A DNA stretch of 64,000 nt, taken from NCBI GenBank assembly GCA_044341745.1, contig JBIIRD010000028.1, forward strand, positions 34 through 64,033, written 5' to 3'. Both the position numbers and the translations under genes were made by a program. Positions within the stretch are counted from its first letter, which is position 1. Each line of letters begins with the position of its first letter. Shown piece by piece: positions 9,032 through 17,214 of this stretch. Source of the stretch: Prosthecobacter sp. (GTDB lineage Bacteria; Verrucomicrobiota; Verrucomicrobiia; Verrucomicrobiales; Verrucomicrobiaceae). The notes under the pieces were generated by a model. The model was not told the origin of the DNA. It worked only from the letters and a program-made list of their open reading frames with translations, and did not search any database.

Positions 9032-9499
9032 ATGCTGCTCGAATGCGCGACAAGGGTAGCTTTACTCGCCGTCTTGACGCTAAGCATCACCTTGCTGTCT
9101 TCCTGCCTTGATTTCGGAGAGCAAACCGAATGGATTGCTCCTGATGTCACAAAGTCCCACTTGGAACAAATCAGCAACATTACCTTGATTCCACTTCCGG
9201 TGGGAACTGAAGGTCTCGCATATTTGGTTGATGACGGTGGCATCGATGGGGCAATGGCTGCCAAAGTTCGCATTCCGCCAGAAAAAGAGGCCGAACTGCT
9301 TTCTGTGGAAGTCTTCACCAAAGGCGAAAACAAGCAGCCAACTCAAGGCATCGGCCCCGGTCGACCCTGGTGGAAAGCCAGCTCGATGAGCACGCCTATA
9401 GCACGCACGATGACCATCAAAGGCAGTCAATATCTTGGCTGCATCTACGGCAAGGAAGGAAGCGACCACATTCTCTACATCACCTGGTTTGACACTTAA
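9032..9499 (+). CDS. Orphan small lipoprotein (hypothetical)
   Basis: 155 aa from the ATG at 9032. Signal peptide with lipobox (LTLSITLLSSC). Sampled 60-nt lines are 45-50% G+C versus ~62% in the flanking gene. No family recognised. Confidence 0.55.
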   Translation: MLLECATRVALLAVLTLSITLLSSCLDFGEQTEWIAPDVTKSHLEQISNITLIPLPVGTEGLAYLVDDGGIDGAMAAKVRIPPEKEAELLSVEVFTKGENKQPTQGIGPGRPWWKASSMSTPIARTMTIKGSQYLGCIYGKEGSDHILYITWFDT

Positions 9500-9511
9500 C
9501 CCCATACATTC

Positions 9512-10939
9512 ATGAACCCCTTCACCCGTCGCCAGTTCTTCACCAACGGCTCGCACCTTCTCGGTGGGGCCGCGTTGTCGTCGCTCTTCGGCCAGTCGCT
9601 GCAGGCGGCGATGTCGCACAAGGCCGGAGGGCCGCATTTTGCGCCGAAGGCCAAGCGTGTCATCTACCTGCACATGGTCGGCGGGCCGTCGCAGATCGAC
9701 CTCTTCGACCACAAGCCGGAGATGATGAAGTGGTATGACAAGGACCTGCCGGACAGTGTGCGCCAGGGGCAGCGGCTGACGACGATGACCAGCGGCCAGG
9801 CCCGCTTTCCCATCGCGCCTTCGAAGTATCAGTTCAGCGCGGCGGGGCAGTGCGGCATGATGATGAACACCGAGCTGCTGCCGAACCTCGCGAAGAAGGC
9901 CGACGAGATCTGCTGGATGCGCTCGCTGCACACGGAGGCGATCAATCATGAGCCTGCGATCACCGCGATGCAGACCGGCAACCAGATCACCGGCCGTCCC
10001 TGCCTCGGCTCCTGGGCCTCTTACGGCCTGGGATCGATGAACGAGAACCTGCCCACCTTTGTCGTGCTCGTGGCAACGCCGACGAACCGTGAGCAGGAGC
10101 AGGCCATCTCCGCCCGTTTGTGGAGCAGCGGGTATCTTCCCGGCCAGCATGCCGGCGTGTCCTTCCGCAGCAAGGGCGACCCCATCCTTTACATCAACAA
10201 CCCGCCCGGCGTGCCGGACAGCGTGCGGAAGCGCACCATCGAGGGTCTCAACGCGCTCAACGCGCTCGAGTATGAACAGCTGGGCGATCCGGAGACGCAG
10301 ACGCGCATCTCGCAGTATGAGATGGCCTTCCGCATGCAGGCCAGCGTTCCCGAGCTGACCGATCTCTCGAAGGAGCCTGAGCACATCTTCAATCTCTACG
10401 GCGAAGATGCGAAGAAGCCGGGTTCCTTTGCCAACAGCGTGCTGATGGCCCGTCGGCTCGCCGAGCGCGGCGTGCGCTTCATCCAGCTCTATCACAACAA
10501 CTGGGACCATCACAGCAATGTCGGCGGCCGCATGCCGAGCCAGTGCAAGGACGTGGACCAGCCCTGTTACGCGCTGCTGGAGGATTTGAAGCAGCGCGGC
10601 ATGCTGGATGAGACGCTTGTCATCTGGGGCGGGGAGTTCGGCCGCACCATCTATTCCCAGGGCGGCCTCACGAAGGAAAACTACGGACGCGACCACCATC
10701 CGCGCTGCTTCAGCATGTGGATGGCCGGCGGTGGCGCGAAAGGCGGTGCGATCTACGGTGAGACGGATGACTTCAGCTACAACATCGTGAAGGACCCGCT
10801 GCACATCAGTGACTTTCATGCGACGGTGCTGCACCTGCTGGGCTTCCACGCGGACCGGTTCAGCTACAAGTTCCAGGGCCTCGATGCCAAGCTGATCGGC
10901 ATCATGCCGGCGAAGCCGGTGAAGGCGCTGATTGCCTGA
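9512..10939 (+). CDS. DUF1501 (sulfatase/alkaline-phosphatase-fold) protein with Tat signal (pair 1)
   Basis: 475 aa. Tat motif FTRRQFF. Conserved DUF1501 blocks (VIYLHMVGGPSQIDLFDHKP, GGEFGRT, GRDHHP, DFHATVLHLLG). Confidence 0.9.
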   Translation: MNPFTRRQFFTNGSHLLGGAALSSLFGQSLQAAMSHKAGGPHFAPKAKRVIYLHMVGGPSQIDLFDHKPEMMKWYDKDLPDSVRQGQRLTTMTSGQARFPIAPSKYQFSAAGQCGMMMNTELLPNLAKKADEICWMRSLHTEAINHEPAITAMQTGNQITGRPCLGSWASYGLGSMNENLPTFVVLVATPTNREQEQAISARLWSSGYLPGQHAGVSFRSKGDPILYINNPPGVPDSVRKRTIEGLNALNALEYEQLGDPETQTRISQYEMAFRMQASVPELTDLSKEPEHIFNLYGEDAKKPGSFANSVLMARRLAERGVRFIQLYHNNWDHHSNVGGRMPSQCKDVDQPCYALLEDLKQRGMLDETLVIWGGEFGRTIYSQGGLTKENYGRDHHPRCFSMWMAGGGAKGGAIYGETDDFSYNIVKDPLHISDFHATVLHLLGFHADRFSYKFQGLDAKLIGIMPAKPVKALIA

Positions 10940-10965
10940 CGGCAGGTGCCGAAGCCCGGGGCCGG

Positions 10966-12171
10966 CTAGCGGACGTCCCGCCACAGCCAGCGCAGGGCTT
11001 CCGGCAGCCTGGGGGACATGCCCTTGCTGCCGTGGAAGCACTCGGTCCAGTCCATGCGGTGGTCATAGCCCATGTATTTCAGGCTGGCCTCCATCATGCG
11101 GTTGGCGATCGGCCAGTTCCCGAACTTGTTGTCGAGGTCGTTGGTGCCGTCGAGCAGGTAGATGCGCAGGGGCTTGCGTTCGGTGATGCGCAGGAGGCTG
11201 GGGTAGGCGTTGCCTCCGCGGATGTCCACGAAGGTTCCCACCCAGCCAAGCACCTTATGAAACTTGTCCGGCCTTTCCCAGGCGGCGGTGAAGGCGCAGA
11301 TGCAGCCTGATGAACCGCCGGCAATCGCCCTGGCTTCAGGCTCCGGACGGAAGCGCACCTGGAAGCGCTGCTGCACTTCGGGGAGGATTTCCTCCAGGAG
11401 GAAGCGCACATAGCTGTCACCCAGGCTGTCGTATTCGAAGCTGCGGTTGCCGGCCTTGTCCTGGGGCTTTTGACCCGGGCGACGGCCGGGGTCGATGAAC
11501 ACGCCGATGGTGACCGGCATCTGCTTCTGATGGATCAGATTGTCGAAGACCACGGTGGCCTTCATGGGGCCGTTGGGGTCCGCATGGCGGGTGCCATCCT
11601 GCCAGACCATGAGGCAGGCTTCGGAGCCCGGCCGGTATTGTTGAGGAATGTAGACGCTGACATCGCGGACGGTTTCCGGAAAGATGCGGCTGGTCCGCCA
11701 TTCGAACTTTTCCAGCCGCCCCTGGGACACACCGGCCTTTCGCTGACTGTCAGGGGTGTAGTCGTAGTGTTCGACATGCACGCTGCCGCCGATGCGGGGC
11801 ATGCCGTCGGTGACGATCTGGTACTGGAAGTCGGAGAAGTTGGGCAGGGTTTTCACCAGCACCTGAAGGCCGTCCTCACCCAGCGGGGTCATCTGGCCCA
11901 GGAGGGTGCCGTCTGCCCGAATGACCTGGGCGGGCAGCTTGTCCATGATGGCCCAGGCGGCGGTGCGTTCTTCCACCCTGGCGTGGGGCCTGCCTTTGAG
12001 AAGGTTCTGCCGCCCGAACAGGCGGATCACCTGCTCACGAAGCTCGGGCACAGGCCGACCTGTGGAGAGTGCCTTTTCCAGGTTCAATGGAGAGGCTTCC
12101 AAGGTGCCTCTGTCCTGGCCGGCAGCCAGTCTCGCCAGGGCGAGGCAGAAGAAGAAAAAAAGAGGGCGCAT
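10966..12171 (-). CDS. Secreted esterase, enterochelin-esterase-like alpha/beta hydrolase
   Basis: Signal peptide MRPLFFFFCLALARLAAG. N-terminal beta-rich domain, then the esterase-D-type core with nucleophile elbow IAGGSSGC. The start was set at 12171 (the ORF extends to 12189). Confidence 0.7.
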   Translation of the reverse strand: MRPLFFFFCLALARLAAGQDRGTLEASPLNLEKALSTGRPVPELREQVIRLFGRQNLLKGRPHARVEERTAAWAIMDKLPAQVIRADGTLLGQMTPLGEDGLQVLVKTLPNFSDFQYQIVTDGMPRIGGSVHVEHYDYTPDSQRKAGVSQGRLEKFEWRTSRIFPETVRDVSVYIPQQYRPGSEACLMVWQDGTRHADPNGPMKATVVFDNLIHQKQMPVTIGVFIDPGRRPGQKPQDKAGNRSFEYDSLGDSYVRFLLEEILPEVQQRFQVRFRPEPEARAIAGGSSGCICAFTAAWERPDKFHKVLGWVGTFVDIRGGNAYPSLLRITERKPLRIYLLDGTNDLDNKFGNWPIANRMMEASLKYMGYDHRMDWTECFHGSKGMSPRLPEALRWLWRDVR

Positions 12172-12219
12172 GATCACAGCGCCCTCCAACGGTACAATCC
12201 GCGCGAGCCTTCCACAGAA

Positions 12220-12930
12220 TCACAAGGCGGCGGTGACAGGCATGCGGCTGTTGCCTGCGCGCACCTGGTACATGCGCTCCTGGATGCCGCGCATCATCTG
12301 GCGGACATGAGGCCATTTCATCCGGTCGCGCATGATGTCCGCGCTGCGCTCCCAGGAGCCCCATTGAAGCACCTCGATGTCCACATGGCGGACGCCCCAG
12401 GCGTTCATCAGGCCGCGGGTCGGCTTGTAAATGTCAATCGTGCCGGTGCCGACGAGCGCGCTGCCGTAGTCGTCCACCTCATAGATGATGTGGGGCTGGT
12501 CCGTGATCCGGAAGCGGGTGCCGACCGGATAGCGAGACCAGTCTGCGGCGGCGCTGCGGACCTGTCCGAACCTGAGTGGCGTCCCGAGGGCGTTTCTGGC
12601 ACCGTAGGCCAGATGATCCGCTTCATCATGACAGTAAGCGGTGGTGCGCACCGTCATCTTTTTCCCCGGAATGCTGGTCGCTGCGACCAGGGGAGGCCGA
12701 GGGGATTCGAGGACAAAATAGTAACGTTTGACCTCGCTTGGCCTGAAGGGGACTCCGGCGGAAAGTGCCTTTCGAACTTCGTAACGGACACCTGGTTTCA
12801 GAGGGGCTCCTGAGGACTTTAAACCTCCCTGGCTGAACAGACCTTCAGAGGGCAGGGCACAAGAGGAAAGAGCGAGGGTGAGAGCAGCGGCCCCCAGCAA
12901 TCTCGTCGAGAAGTGGCAGTTGGCATTCAT
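12220..12930 (-). CDS. 3D-domain (MltA/RlpA-like double-psi beta-barrel) lipoprotein
   Basis: Lipobox LALSSC. TTAYCHDE...YPVGTRFRI...YEVDDYGSALVGTGTIDIY...NAWGVRHVDIEVL fits the 3D (Asp-Asp-Asp) domain pattern. The start was set at 12930 (MNANCHF); the tracked N-terminal extension lies in an AT-rich spacer. Confidence 0.7.
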   Translation of the reverse strand: MNANCHFSTRLLGAAALTLALSSCALPSEGLFSQGGLKSSGAPLKPGVRYEVRKALSAGVPFRPSEVKRYYFVLESPRPPLVAATSIPGKKMTVRTTAYCHDEADHLAYGARNALGTPLRFGQVRSAAADWSRYPVGTRFRITDQPHIIYEVDDYGSALVGTGTIDIYKPTRGLMNAWGVRHVDIEVLQWGSWERSADIMRDRMKWPHVRQMMRGIQERMYQVRAGNSRMPVTAAL

Positions 12931-13048
12931 AGCATTTATTATGATTATTTTAAATTTATTAAACAAATCATAAAATATCAAGATAAAAACCATAATGAGT
13001 AAATTTTTACAATGACCTGACTTTTAATGCTTGTGTGTTGTTGCCATG
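12931..13048 (-). promoter_or_regulatory. Strongly AT-rich spacer, probable promoter region of the 3D-domain gene
   Basis: ~118 nt of A/T-rich sequence (for example taaatttattaaacaaatcataaaatatcaagataaaaac) in an otherwise G+C-rich window. The minus strand contains TTGATA-N17-TAAATT-like hexamers. No transcription start site is known. Confidence 0.35.
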
Positions 13049-13081
13049 AAAAAAGCGGGCCTCCCGAAGTGGGAGGCCCGC
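13049..13081 (-). terminator. Rho-independent terminator closing the 13109-29086 cluster
   Basis: Perfect 11-bp stem gcgggcctccc / gggaggcccgc with a 5-nt loop. On the minus strand it is followed by TTTTTT (13049-13054). It lies 28 nt after the stop of CDS 13109-15808. Confidence 0.85.
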
Positions 13082-13108
13082 CGATGAGGTTGTTGGATGT
13101 GCCGTCCG

Positions 13109-15808
13109 TTACGGGGCGGCGAGCTGGGCGGTGCCTGCTCCTCCATCCGGTCCCGAACTCAGGAAGAAGCCGTGGGTGTGGGGGGCTTCAGGTGCATGTG
13201 CCTGAAGCAGCACGCCCATGAAGCTGACCTTCTTGGTCTGACCGGTCGGTGTGAAGGTGCCCTTGTAGGTGCCTTTGGCCGTGTCGATGGACAGGGTGTA
13301 GCTGTTATCAGCGGGGGTCACTTTGTCGGTGGCGGAAACCGAGACATTCTTGGTCATGGAGATGGATGGCTTGCCGCCTTCAAAGGAAAGCTCAGCCGCG
13401 CCGGCCCCCAGCCCAAGGGACGAGTTGAAGGTCGTCGTGCCGTCATAGTGCATGCCATCCCCGTCGACCTTGATGCCGTTAGGCCAGCCCGCCGTGTAAA
13501 CGGGGGTGGGCTTGGCCGATGCCGGACGGAACCACAGTAGGTCTTCGCCAGTGATGTCGCCGTGGGCCGTGCCAAATTCCAGAGGGCCGCTGATGGATCC
13601 TCCGCCTGAATACAGGGAGGCGAAGAAGGGCATGAAGTTGCCATGGGAGAGCGGGGCGCTTGCCGTCACGGTGGTGCCGTCGGCCAGGGTGGCGGTGATG
13701 GATGCAATGCCCGTCGGCGAGACGGTCACCGTTCCAACTCCGTCGCCCTGGGGAAATTGGGTGGCGGTGTAGCCGTTGTTCGGGTCTGCCTGACGGGGGA
13801 AGGCCAGGGTGTAATAGCCGCTGGTCGTCTTGTTCAGCAGGGCGGTGGGCTTGAGGTCCTTGCCATTGTAGTAGGCGCGGTCGGCCTCCACGAAGGAGAA
13901 GTTAACGCTGTCCTTTTCACTGAGGATGCCCTGAAGCTTGTTGGCGCCTGCCACGAGCGGGTTCATTTCGACGCCGAGGCTGAGGACGAACGAGGGTTTG
14001 CCCTTCCTGGGAAGAATGAGGGTTTCGGCAAGATCCTTGCCAAACAGCGCCTGGCCGGAGCTGGCAAAGGTGATGTTGGTGATCGAGAATTTCTGACCGT
14101 CGATCTGGATGCTGCCGGAGCCCGTTCCCTTGTCGGTGACGGTGATGTTGATGAAGCCTTCTGAAGCATTGCTGGGAGTGGTGGAGCCGCCTGCGGTGAG
14201 AAGGCCGTTGAAGACGCCTTTGACGCCTGGGAAGGGAGTCGCGCGGAAGTGAGCGACGAGAGTCAGGCCTTCAGAGAAGGTGAAGCTGAGGATGGGTGAG
14301 CGGTCACCGACAAGGATGCCTTGGTTGCTTTCCCAGTAGTCGAGAATGAAGCCTGGTTTGGCGACGGCGCTGAGGGTGTAGGTGCCGCCGATCTGGTAGG
14401 CGTTGCCGGCTTTCAGGCCGCTGATGCTTCCCTTGGCGGTGTCACCCGGCGCGACGGTGGCGGCAAGCGAACGCATTTTGACGGAGGTGAAGAGACGGGT
14501 GGCGGTGGCGGAGACATTGCCGTTCACGTCGATGGCCCTGGCATGAAGGGTGTTGAGGCCGCTGACAGGGGTGACGACGGTGTTCCAAGAGCTGGAGGAG
14601 ACGGCGAGGTTCTGATAGGCGCCGCCGTTGAGCGAGAATTCGACATGGTCGATGTCGCTGTCATCCTGGGCAAAGCCCGTGACACTGACGCTGGTGGCGG
14701 ATTCGCCGAAGGAGGCGTTGATGCCAGGGGAGATGAAGGCGATTTCGGGCAGGTTGGTTTCAACCGTTGGAAGAACGTCGATGGAGACGGTGGTGGTGGC
14801 GGGGGTGCCGACAACGGCTCCGCCTGTGGTTGCACCGAGGGAGAGTGTGAAGGTCCTCGTGGTGAGGGCGCCGGCCTGGGGAATCAGAGTGATGGCGACC
14901 ACCTTGCTGGTTTCACTCGCCGAGAAATTCACCGTTCCCGCAGGGGCCGTGAAATCCGTGCCGGCGGCTGCGGTGCCGTCCGTGGAGTTCAAGGCCACCG
15001 TCACCGAACCAGGACCGCCTGACTTGCGGGTGACCACGACGTTGATGGAGGTGGCGCCCTGAAGGGCATGGAACTCCGAAGCGGCAAAGGCCAGGCCGAC
15101 AGAGTCGGTGGAGGACACAGCGACGGTGCCGGTAAGGCCGTAGGAGACTGCCGCCGAGGCGGTGGTCTGACTGGCGTAGTCGACGCCACCGACGAAGATG
15201 GAATAGTCGCCGGGCTGCAGGAAAAAGGTTCCTGTGACCGTGCCATCCGCGACGCCATCACCCAGGATGCCGGGGGCATCTCCGAAGAGGGCGGAGGTGC
15301 CGTCCACGGCATGGCCGACATAGAGGAAGTCGGACAGGTCGGCAAAGGAGGTGCCGGCATCGTTGCCAACCTTCCAGTTGTCGAGCGAACGGTAGCAGCC
15401 CTCCTTGGCCACACCGGTGCGGGTGGCGGTGTAGGAGGCGCTGATGGCGGAGTAGTCGTAATCGGCTCCTCCGCTCAGGTGAGCCAGGCCGCGGAAGAGG
15501 CTGAAGCCTGGCTTGAGTGTGCCGTCCTTGGCGCCGCCGTTGGTGGAGCCTGAGAAGGTGATGGTGACGAAGGAGGCGGTGGCGACATTGAAGCGGTAGT
15601 AGCGCAGCTTGTGGCTGTCACCGTAGTCGGCGTCAGTGCCATCCGCCCAGCCATGGCTGCCGGTGACGGCCTGGTTGGAGATGGTGACGGGTGTGGTGGA
15701 GACGGCGGGGTCAAGGACGCCGAAGTCGCGTCCGGTGTAGCCGATGTGCCCGAAGGCGTGGATGCCGCCCAGCAGGGAGAGGGCGAGGCAGGGGAGTAAA
15801 CGTTTCAT
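13109..15808 (-). CDS. Giant secreted protein 3: N-terminal domain related to the giant-2 repeat, Calx-beta, Ig-like domains, shared C-terminal module
   Basis: 899 aa with a signal peptide (MKRLLPCLALSLLGGIHAFG). Calx-beta-like segment at about aa 238-345 (SVTVALNSTDGTAAAGTDFTAPAGTVNFSASETSKVV). The C-terminal ~375 aa are homologous to the C-termini of the 17215-21159 and 21190-25533 products. Confidence 0.85.
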   Translation of the reverse strand: MKRLLPCLALSLLGGIHAFGHIGYTGRDFGVLDPAVSTTPVTISNQAVTGSHGWADGTDADYGDSHKLRYYRFNVATASFVTITFSGSTNGGAKDGTLKPGFSLFRGLAHLSGGADYDYSAISASYTATRTGVAKEGCYRSLDNWKVGNDAGTSFADLSDFLYVGHAVDGTSALFGDAPGILGDGVADGTVTGTFFLQPGDYSIFVGGVDYASQTTASAAVSYGLTGTVAVSSTDSVGLAFAASEFHALQGATSINVVVTRKSGGPGSVTVALNSTDGTAAAGTDFTAPAGTVNFSASETSKVVAITLIPQAGALTTRTFTLSLGATTGGAVVGTPATTTVSIDVLPTVETNLPEIAFISPGINASFGESATSVSVTGFAQDDSDIDHVEFSLNGGAYQNLAVSSSSWNTVVTPVSGLNTLHARAIDVNGNVSATATRLFTSVKMRSLAATVAPGDTAKGSISGLKAGNAYQIGGTYTLSAVAKPGFILDYWESNQGILVGDRSPILSFTFSEGLTLVAHFRATPFPGVKGVFNGLLTAGGSTTPSNASEGFINITVTDKGTGSGSIQIDGQKFSITNITFASSGQALFGKDLAETLILPRKGKPSFVLSLGVEMNPLVAGANKLQGILSEKDSVNFSFVEADRAYYNGKDLKPTALLNKTTSGYYTLAFPRQADPNNGYTATQFPQGDGVGTVTVSPTGIASITATLADGTTVTASAPLSHGNFMPFFASLYSGGGSISGPLEFGTAHGDITGEDLLWFRPASAKPTPVYTAGWPNGIKVDGDGMHYDGTTTFNSSLGLGAGAAELSFEGGKPSISMTKNVSVSATDKVTPADNSYTLSIDTAKGTYKGTFTPTGQTKKVSFMGVLLQAHAPEAPHTHGFFLSSGPDGGAGTAQLAAP
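13112..14236 (-). other. Shared C-terminal module (copy in giant 3)
   Basis: Begins GVFNGLL...INITVTDKGTGSGSIQIDGQKF and ends TAKGTYKGTFTPTGQTKKVSFMGVLL...HGFFL. It is collinear with the modules at 17218-18318 and 21193-22401. Confidence 0.7.
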
Positions 15809-15920
15809 GAAATAGTTTCGTTAAGTGGATGAAGATCTGAAGGCAGGTGCAGCTCCGGCTTGAGCCAGGGACGTGCAGAATGATGGCGCGTCGTGGCGCC
15901 GGAGATTTGAGCGGAGAGGG

Positions 15921-16328
15921 TCAGGCCCGGCCTCGTGGAGGCCCTTCCGGGGGCGGGTGGTTTCCTGCCTCCGCCTTTTGAATCAAATTTGGATAGGTCA
16001 TGCGGCGTGCCGCCGGAGGCACGATCCGCAGGGTGTCGGCGACCACGGCCTCAAACTTCTTGAGGGAAGGCTTCGCTCCCTCGGCATCCTTGCCGCGGGT
16101 CTTGCGGCCGCCTTCCTCGACGGCTTCGCAGAGAGGACAGGGGTGCTGGCCGTCGAAGGTCTTGGTCACGGCCTGGAAGAGGCCGTCCGACTGTGAGTAG
16201 CTCACGAGCATGGAGGTCCAGGCGATGCCCTGGATCACAGCCCACTGGAGGCCCAGGGACAGGCACATCATCCCGAGGATGATCCAGCGGATCACCTTTC
16301 CCGGGAGGCTGTGGCTGCTTGTCTGCAT
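15921..16328 (-). CDS. Small membrane protein with HPCPLC motif (paralog 2)
   Basis: 135 aa. TM helix LGLQWAVIQGIAWTSMLVSYS, then TFDGQHPCPLCEAV (motif at nt 16128-16145). Clear paralog of the 28658-29086 product. Confidence 0.8.
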   Translation of the reverse strand: MQTSSHSLPGKVIRWIILGMMCLSLGLQWAVIQGIAWTSMLVSYSQSDGLFQAVTKTFDGQHPCPLCEAVEEGGRKTRGKDAEGAKPSLKKFEAVVADTLRIVPPAARRMTYPNLIQKAEAGNHPPPEGPPRGRA

Positions 16329-16338
16329 GACGGATGTT

Positions 16339-17172
16339 TCAGAAGCGCCACAGCACGCTGGTGTGCAGGGTGAAGTCAGGTGCGGAGGGTGTCAGGCCGC
16401 CGCCAACGCCGAGGCGCAGTGAGAAGCCTCCGGGCAGGCCCAGCATGGTGGTCAGAAGGGCCTGATGAGAGCCTTGTTTCTCCTCGAAGTCGCCGAGAGC
16501 CTCCAGGCCGACGGACAGGTCGTGGTTGATCTCATGGCGAAGGCCCAAGGCATAACCAAAACCTGGTTTTCCGCCGTCGCCGGAGACAAAGCTGACCAGG
16601 TTGAGCACCATGCGGGTGCCCTCCATCAGGTCGGCTTCAAGGATGACGCGGGAATGCCAGCCGTTTTCGCCGTGACGATGAATGCCGCCATGGCTGCCGT
16701 GATCGGTCCCGGAATGGCCGTGGGAGTGAGGGGTGGGCGGAGGGGCGTCTGGACCGCTGCCGGTGTCGTGGACGTGGGCGGCGCTGTCCTGGTGCGAATG
16801 CCCGGAGGACTGGGCGAACTCGTAGCCCGTCCACAGGCCGGCTCTGAAGTTCAGCGGTCCGGTCGGCGGCAGAAGGGAGACGACGAACTGAGGTGTGATG
16901 CCGGTGTTGTCCCAGCCGCTCCCATCATCAGCAAATCCCGCCGTCAGGCCGAAGGCCAGGGACGAGGCCAGGCCGAGGTAGAACCCGGGTTCGCTGGAGA
17001 ACTCGCTGCTGTCTCCATCCCTTGTCCATTCGAATCCCGCAATGCCCACGCCACCCATTGAGGATGGGATGGCGCTGTCCTGAACCAGGATAAAATCGCG
17101 TCCATGGTGGCCATGGGCAGGGTGGATGACCCAGACAAGAAGCATGAATACAAAAGGCAGTGGACGCGGCAT
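16339..17172 (-). CDS. Putative outer-membrane beta-barrel protein with His-rich loop
   Basis: 277 aa with a signal peptide. Alternating-hydrophobicity segments and a C-terminal aromatic end (...HTSVLWRF) typical of OMP beta-signals. A central ~53-aa segment carries 12 His. The mature N-terminus is HGHHGRDF. Confidence 0.65.
   Translation of the reverse strand: MPRPLPFVFMLLVWVIHPAHGHHGRDFILVQDSAIPSSMGGVGIAGFEWTRDGDSSEFSSEPGFYLGLASSLAFGLTAGFADDGSGWDNTGITPQFVVSLLPPTGPLNFRAGLWTGYEFAQSSGHSHQDSAAHVHDTGSGPDAPPPTPHSHGHSGTDHGSHGGIHRHGENGWHSRVILEADLMEGTRMVLNLVSFVSGDGGKPGFGYALGLRHEINHDLSVGLEALGDFEEKQGSHQALLTTMLGLPGGFSLRLGVGGGLTPSAPDFTLHTSVLWRF
16651..16809 (-). other. His-rich segment of the putative barrel protein
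   Basis: SSGHSHQDSAAHVHDTGSGPDAPPPTPHSHGHSGTDHGSHGGIHRHGENGWHS: 12 His counted in 53 residues. Confidence 0.9.
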
Positions 17173-17214
17173 GTCGGGCCGGAGGAAGGGGCTCGGTGAA
17201 TGCTGGAAAGGGTG

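Noticed and set aside
9080-11041. 653-aa minus-strand ORF opposite the DUF1501 gene (pair 1). The same pattern occurs at 38761-40164, 43706-45100, 47470-48897, 40554-42248 and 42456-43574
   Set aside because: All are antisense shadows of well-supported genes. Their composition is biased (R, G, A, H, V, L), and they lack a signal peptide, TM helix or catalytic motifs.
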